A stretch of 51,599 nt of DNA from an uncultured Gammaproteobacteria bacterium. GTDB lineage: Bacteria > Pseudomonadota > Gammaproteobacteria > Xanthomonadales > BPKI01. The position numbers and the translations under genes are program-made. The stretch is taken from positions 3,312-54,910 of the forward strand of contig CAZGKE010000003.1 in assembly GCA_964526035.1 (NCBI GenBank), in the 5' to 3' direction. The notes below the pieces were generated by a model. The model saw nothing but the letters and a program-made list of their open reading frames with translations. It was not told the origin of the DNA and made no database searches. Of this stretch, positions 49,825 to 51,599 are shown one piece after another (position 1 is the stretch's first letter; every line of letters starts with the position of its first letter).

Positions 49825-51599
49825 ATGGGCCCGCCAATGAGTTTGCTCGATCGTATTCAGTATCCTGCGCCTGCTGGATCGCGGGCCGTGCTGGCTGTTG
49901 CGCTGCTGCTGATGTCCTTCTGCGGCCAGGCCGACGTTCAGCCAGACACTCGAGGTGAGGCGATCACGGGCTCGTTCGCGCCAACCTTTGTCCGCATCGA
50001 GCAGGACGATCCCGCCTGGATCCACGTGGGCACCTGGTCCAACGTCAACCTCGGCCGTGCCAGCGGCGGCAGCCATTGGCGCAACGCAACCGCGGGCAGT
50101 TCGGCGGCACTTGCCTTCGAGGGCAGCTGGGTCAGCCTGGGTTTCATTGCCGACCCGTTCAGCGGAGAGGCCGAAATCTTCATCGACGGCGTCAGCCAGG
50201 GGCTGGTCGACCTTTACCGCAATGAGGAAACGCCGGTCAGCTACCTGTTCGACGGTCTGTCCGCAGGTCCGCACACCGTTGTCATCGAAGTCCTGGGCAG
50301 CGCCAATCCCTTTGCTTCCAACACCAGCATCCAGCTCGATTACGCCGACCATGGCGACGGCTCGCTGCTGCCCGACGGCGCGTTCGAAGAAGATGATGCT
50401 CGCCTTCTGACCAGCAGTGGCTGGACCTCAACCTCGTACGCCGGAGCCAGCGGCGGCAGCTACCTCAATGCCACCACCGGCACCGCCTGGTTTCCCTTCG
50501 CGGGCGATTCGTTCACCTTGCACGCCATCGCGCACAGCAATGCCGGCAAGGCACAACTGTTCGTGGACGGTGTCCAACTGGATACCATCGACCTGTTCGA
50601 GCCGGTGTTTCCATCAGCGGGCGTCACCCGCAGTTTTTCCTACGAGGGGCTGGGCGCAGGACCGCACGTCCTGCAGATCATGAACTACCAGGCACAGCTG
50701 AGCATCGACGCGCTGAGCACGCCGGGAAGTGGCCCGTTCATCGATCCCGACCCGCCCATCGCTGGCGTCACCCGCTTCGAAGCCGACCACCCCGCGATCC
50801 GCTACAACGGGCTGCCGTTCACGCATACCGCCAGCAGCTGGGTACGCGTGGCGAACATCACCGCCGATCGCGCCAGCGCCGGCGAGTACATCTACTCCGC
50901 GAGCGCGGGCGACTCGATCAGCTTCGATTTCGAAGGCGACTGGCTGGGCGTGGGCTTTGCCACCGATCGTTTCGGCGGACAGGCGGAGATCGCCATCGAC
51001 GGGAAACCTGTCGAGACGGTGGATCTCTACAGCCGCTTCGAGGACACGGCCAGCCACTACTTCCGCGACCTCGGGGCCGGGCCGCACATCGTCACCATCA
51101 CGGTTCTGGGCAGCAGTCATCCCAACGCCAGCGGGACGCGCGTTCACCTCGATTTCTTCGACGTCTGGGACGGCCAGGCTTTGGCCGAAGGGACCTTCGA
51201 AGAGGACAGCGAACGGCTCTTCTACAGCAGCGCCTGGAGTCGAATCCCGGATTCAAACGCCAGCGGCGGCGCCTACCGCAGCAGCGGCAACGCCAACACC
51301 ACGGTCTGGTTCCCATTCACCGGCGACTCCGTCACCTGGCAGGGCTGGACGCGCTTCAGTTTCCAGGAGGCGGAAATCCGCCTCAATGGTGCAAGCCTGG
51401 GGCAGTTCGACCTCTACAGCTACGACGAAGGCACGCGCGCCTATTCCTTCGACAACCTCGGCCCAGGCCCCCACGTGCTGGAGCTGCGCCGCTACCGCAG
51501 CGACACGGTCACCGTAGACGCCTTCATGACGCCGGCCACGGGAGCTGGCCATCAGCCTCCCGCGCCGGTGCCGTTCGTGCGTCATGAAGAAGACCATCC
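49825..51599 (+). CDS. Partial (3'-truncated by the window edge) secreted protein built of four ~115-135-aa beta-rich repeat modules in an A-B-A-B pattern
   Basis: Translated by hand. The frame is open from 49720 to the window end with no stop, so it is absent from the ORF track. Candidate starts are ATG 49825 or 49837 (and 49735/49795 further upstream). Signal peptide ...SRAVLAVALLLMSFCGQA. Recurrent motifs are ASGG[SA][HY], F.F.G[DS], G.AE[IL]..[DN]G, DLY and LG[AP]GPH. Confidence 0.7.
   Translation, partial: MGPPMSLLDRIQYPAPAGSRAVLAVALLLMSFCGQADVQPDTRGEAITGSFAPTFVRIEQDDPAWIHVGTWSNVNLGRASGGSHWRNATAGSSAALAFEGSWVSLGFIADPFSGEAEIFIDGVSQGLVDLYRNEETPVSYLFDGLSAGPHTVVIEVLGSANPFASNTSIQLDYADHGDGSLLPDGAFEEDDARLLTSSGWTSTSYAGASGGSYLNATTGTAWFPFAGDSFTLHAIAHSNAGKAQLFVDGVQLDTIDLFEPVFPSAGVTRSFSYEGLGAGPHVLQIMNYQAQLSIDALSTPGSGPFIDPDPPIAGVTRFEADHPAIRYNGLPFTHTASSWVRVANITADRASAGEYIYSASAGDSISFDFEGDWLGVGFATDRFGGQAEIAIDGKPVETVDLYSRFEDTASHYFRDLGAGPHIVTITVLGSSHPNASGTRVHLDFFDVWDGQALAEGTFEEDSERLFYSSAWSRIPDSNASGGAYRSSGNANTTVWFPFTGDSVTWQGWTRFSFQEAEIRLNGASLGQFDLYSYDEGTRAYSFDNLGPGPHVLELRRYRSDTVTVDAFMTPATGAGHQPPAPVPFVRHEEDH

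Noticed and set aside
49030-50352. 440-aa minus-strand ORF and 262-aa plus-strand ORF (50729..51517) overlapping the DUF4124-like gene and the repeat-protein gene.
   Set aside because: Both are Arg/Pro/Ala/Ser-rich low-complexity translations. The competing plus-strand frame gives a signal peptide and four internally homologous modules, which is strong evidence that it is the real coding frame.

Overview
High-GC (about two-thirds G+C by eye) chromosomal segment. Protein sequences and gene order look gammaproteobacterial, probably Xanthomonadales/Lysobacterales-like; this is inference only. It rests on the stand-alone type-B L36, nudix-mnmA-hflD, clpS-clpA, long-form pstSCAB-phoU, and pbpC next to an alpha-2-macroglobulin lipoprotein. 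I call about 41 protein genes and recognise no rRNA, tRNA, CRISPR array, transposase or integrase. Left to right: rpsF-rpsR-rplI; dnaB-alr; an exported DUF151 nuclease-like protein; pbpC plus alpha-2-macroglobulin (minus strand); two tandem photolyases (Fe-S (6-4)-type and class I CPD) plus a secreted protein; a Lys-rich micro-ORF plus a BON-MscS channel; one MFP adaptor plus two RND pumps; a five-gene minus-strand operon whose stops and starts all overlap (small secreted protein-aguA-aguB-TraB-DUF349); type-B rpmJ; hflD-mnmA-nudix (minus strand); clpSA; pstSCAB-phoU; an M20 peptidase; a bactofilin/Zn-ribbon/patatin cassette; a DUF4124-like Cys-rich protein; and an open-ended gene for a secreted four-module repeat protein that runs off the 3' end and is absent from the supplied ORF track. 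The window is mostly core/housekeeping, with no canonical defence island or mobile element. The best candidates for undescribed biology are: (i) the translationally coupled bactofilin-Zn-ribbon-patatin cassette; (ii) the coupling of polyamine genes to TraB and DUF349; (iii) the open-ended repeat protein; and (iv) a small intergenic sequence family (GTTCCCT-NRG-SCC core), one copy of which has expanded into a CTTAGGG/CCTAGGG microsatellite. None of these is proven. Most long ORFs in the track that overlap the called genes in other frames or antisense are high-GC artefacts. Several track ORFs also carry spurious N-terminal extensions, which I trimmed by reading start codons, RBSs and signal peptides.
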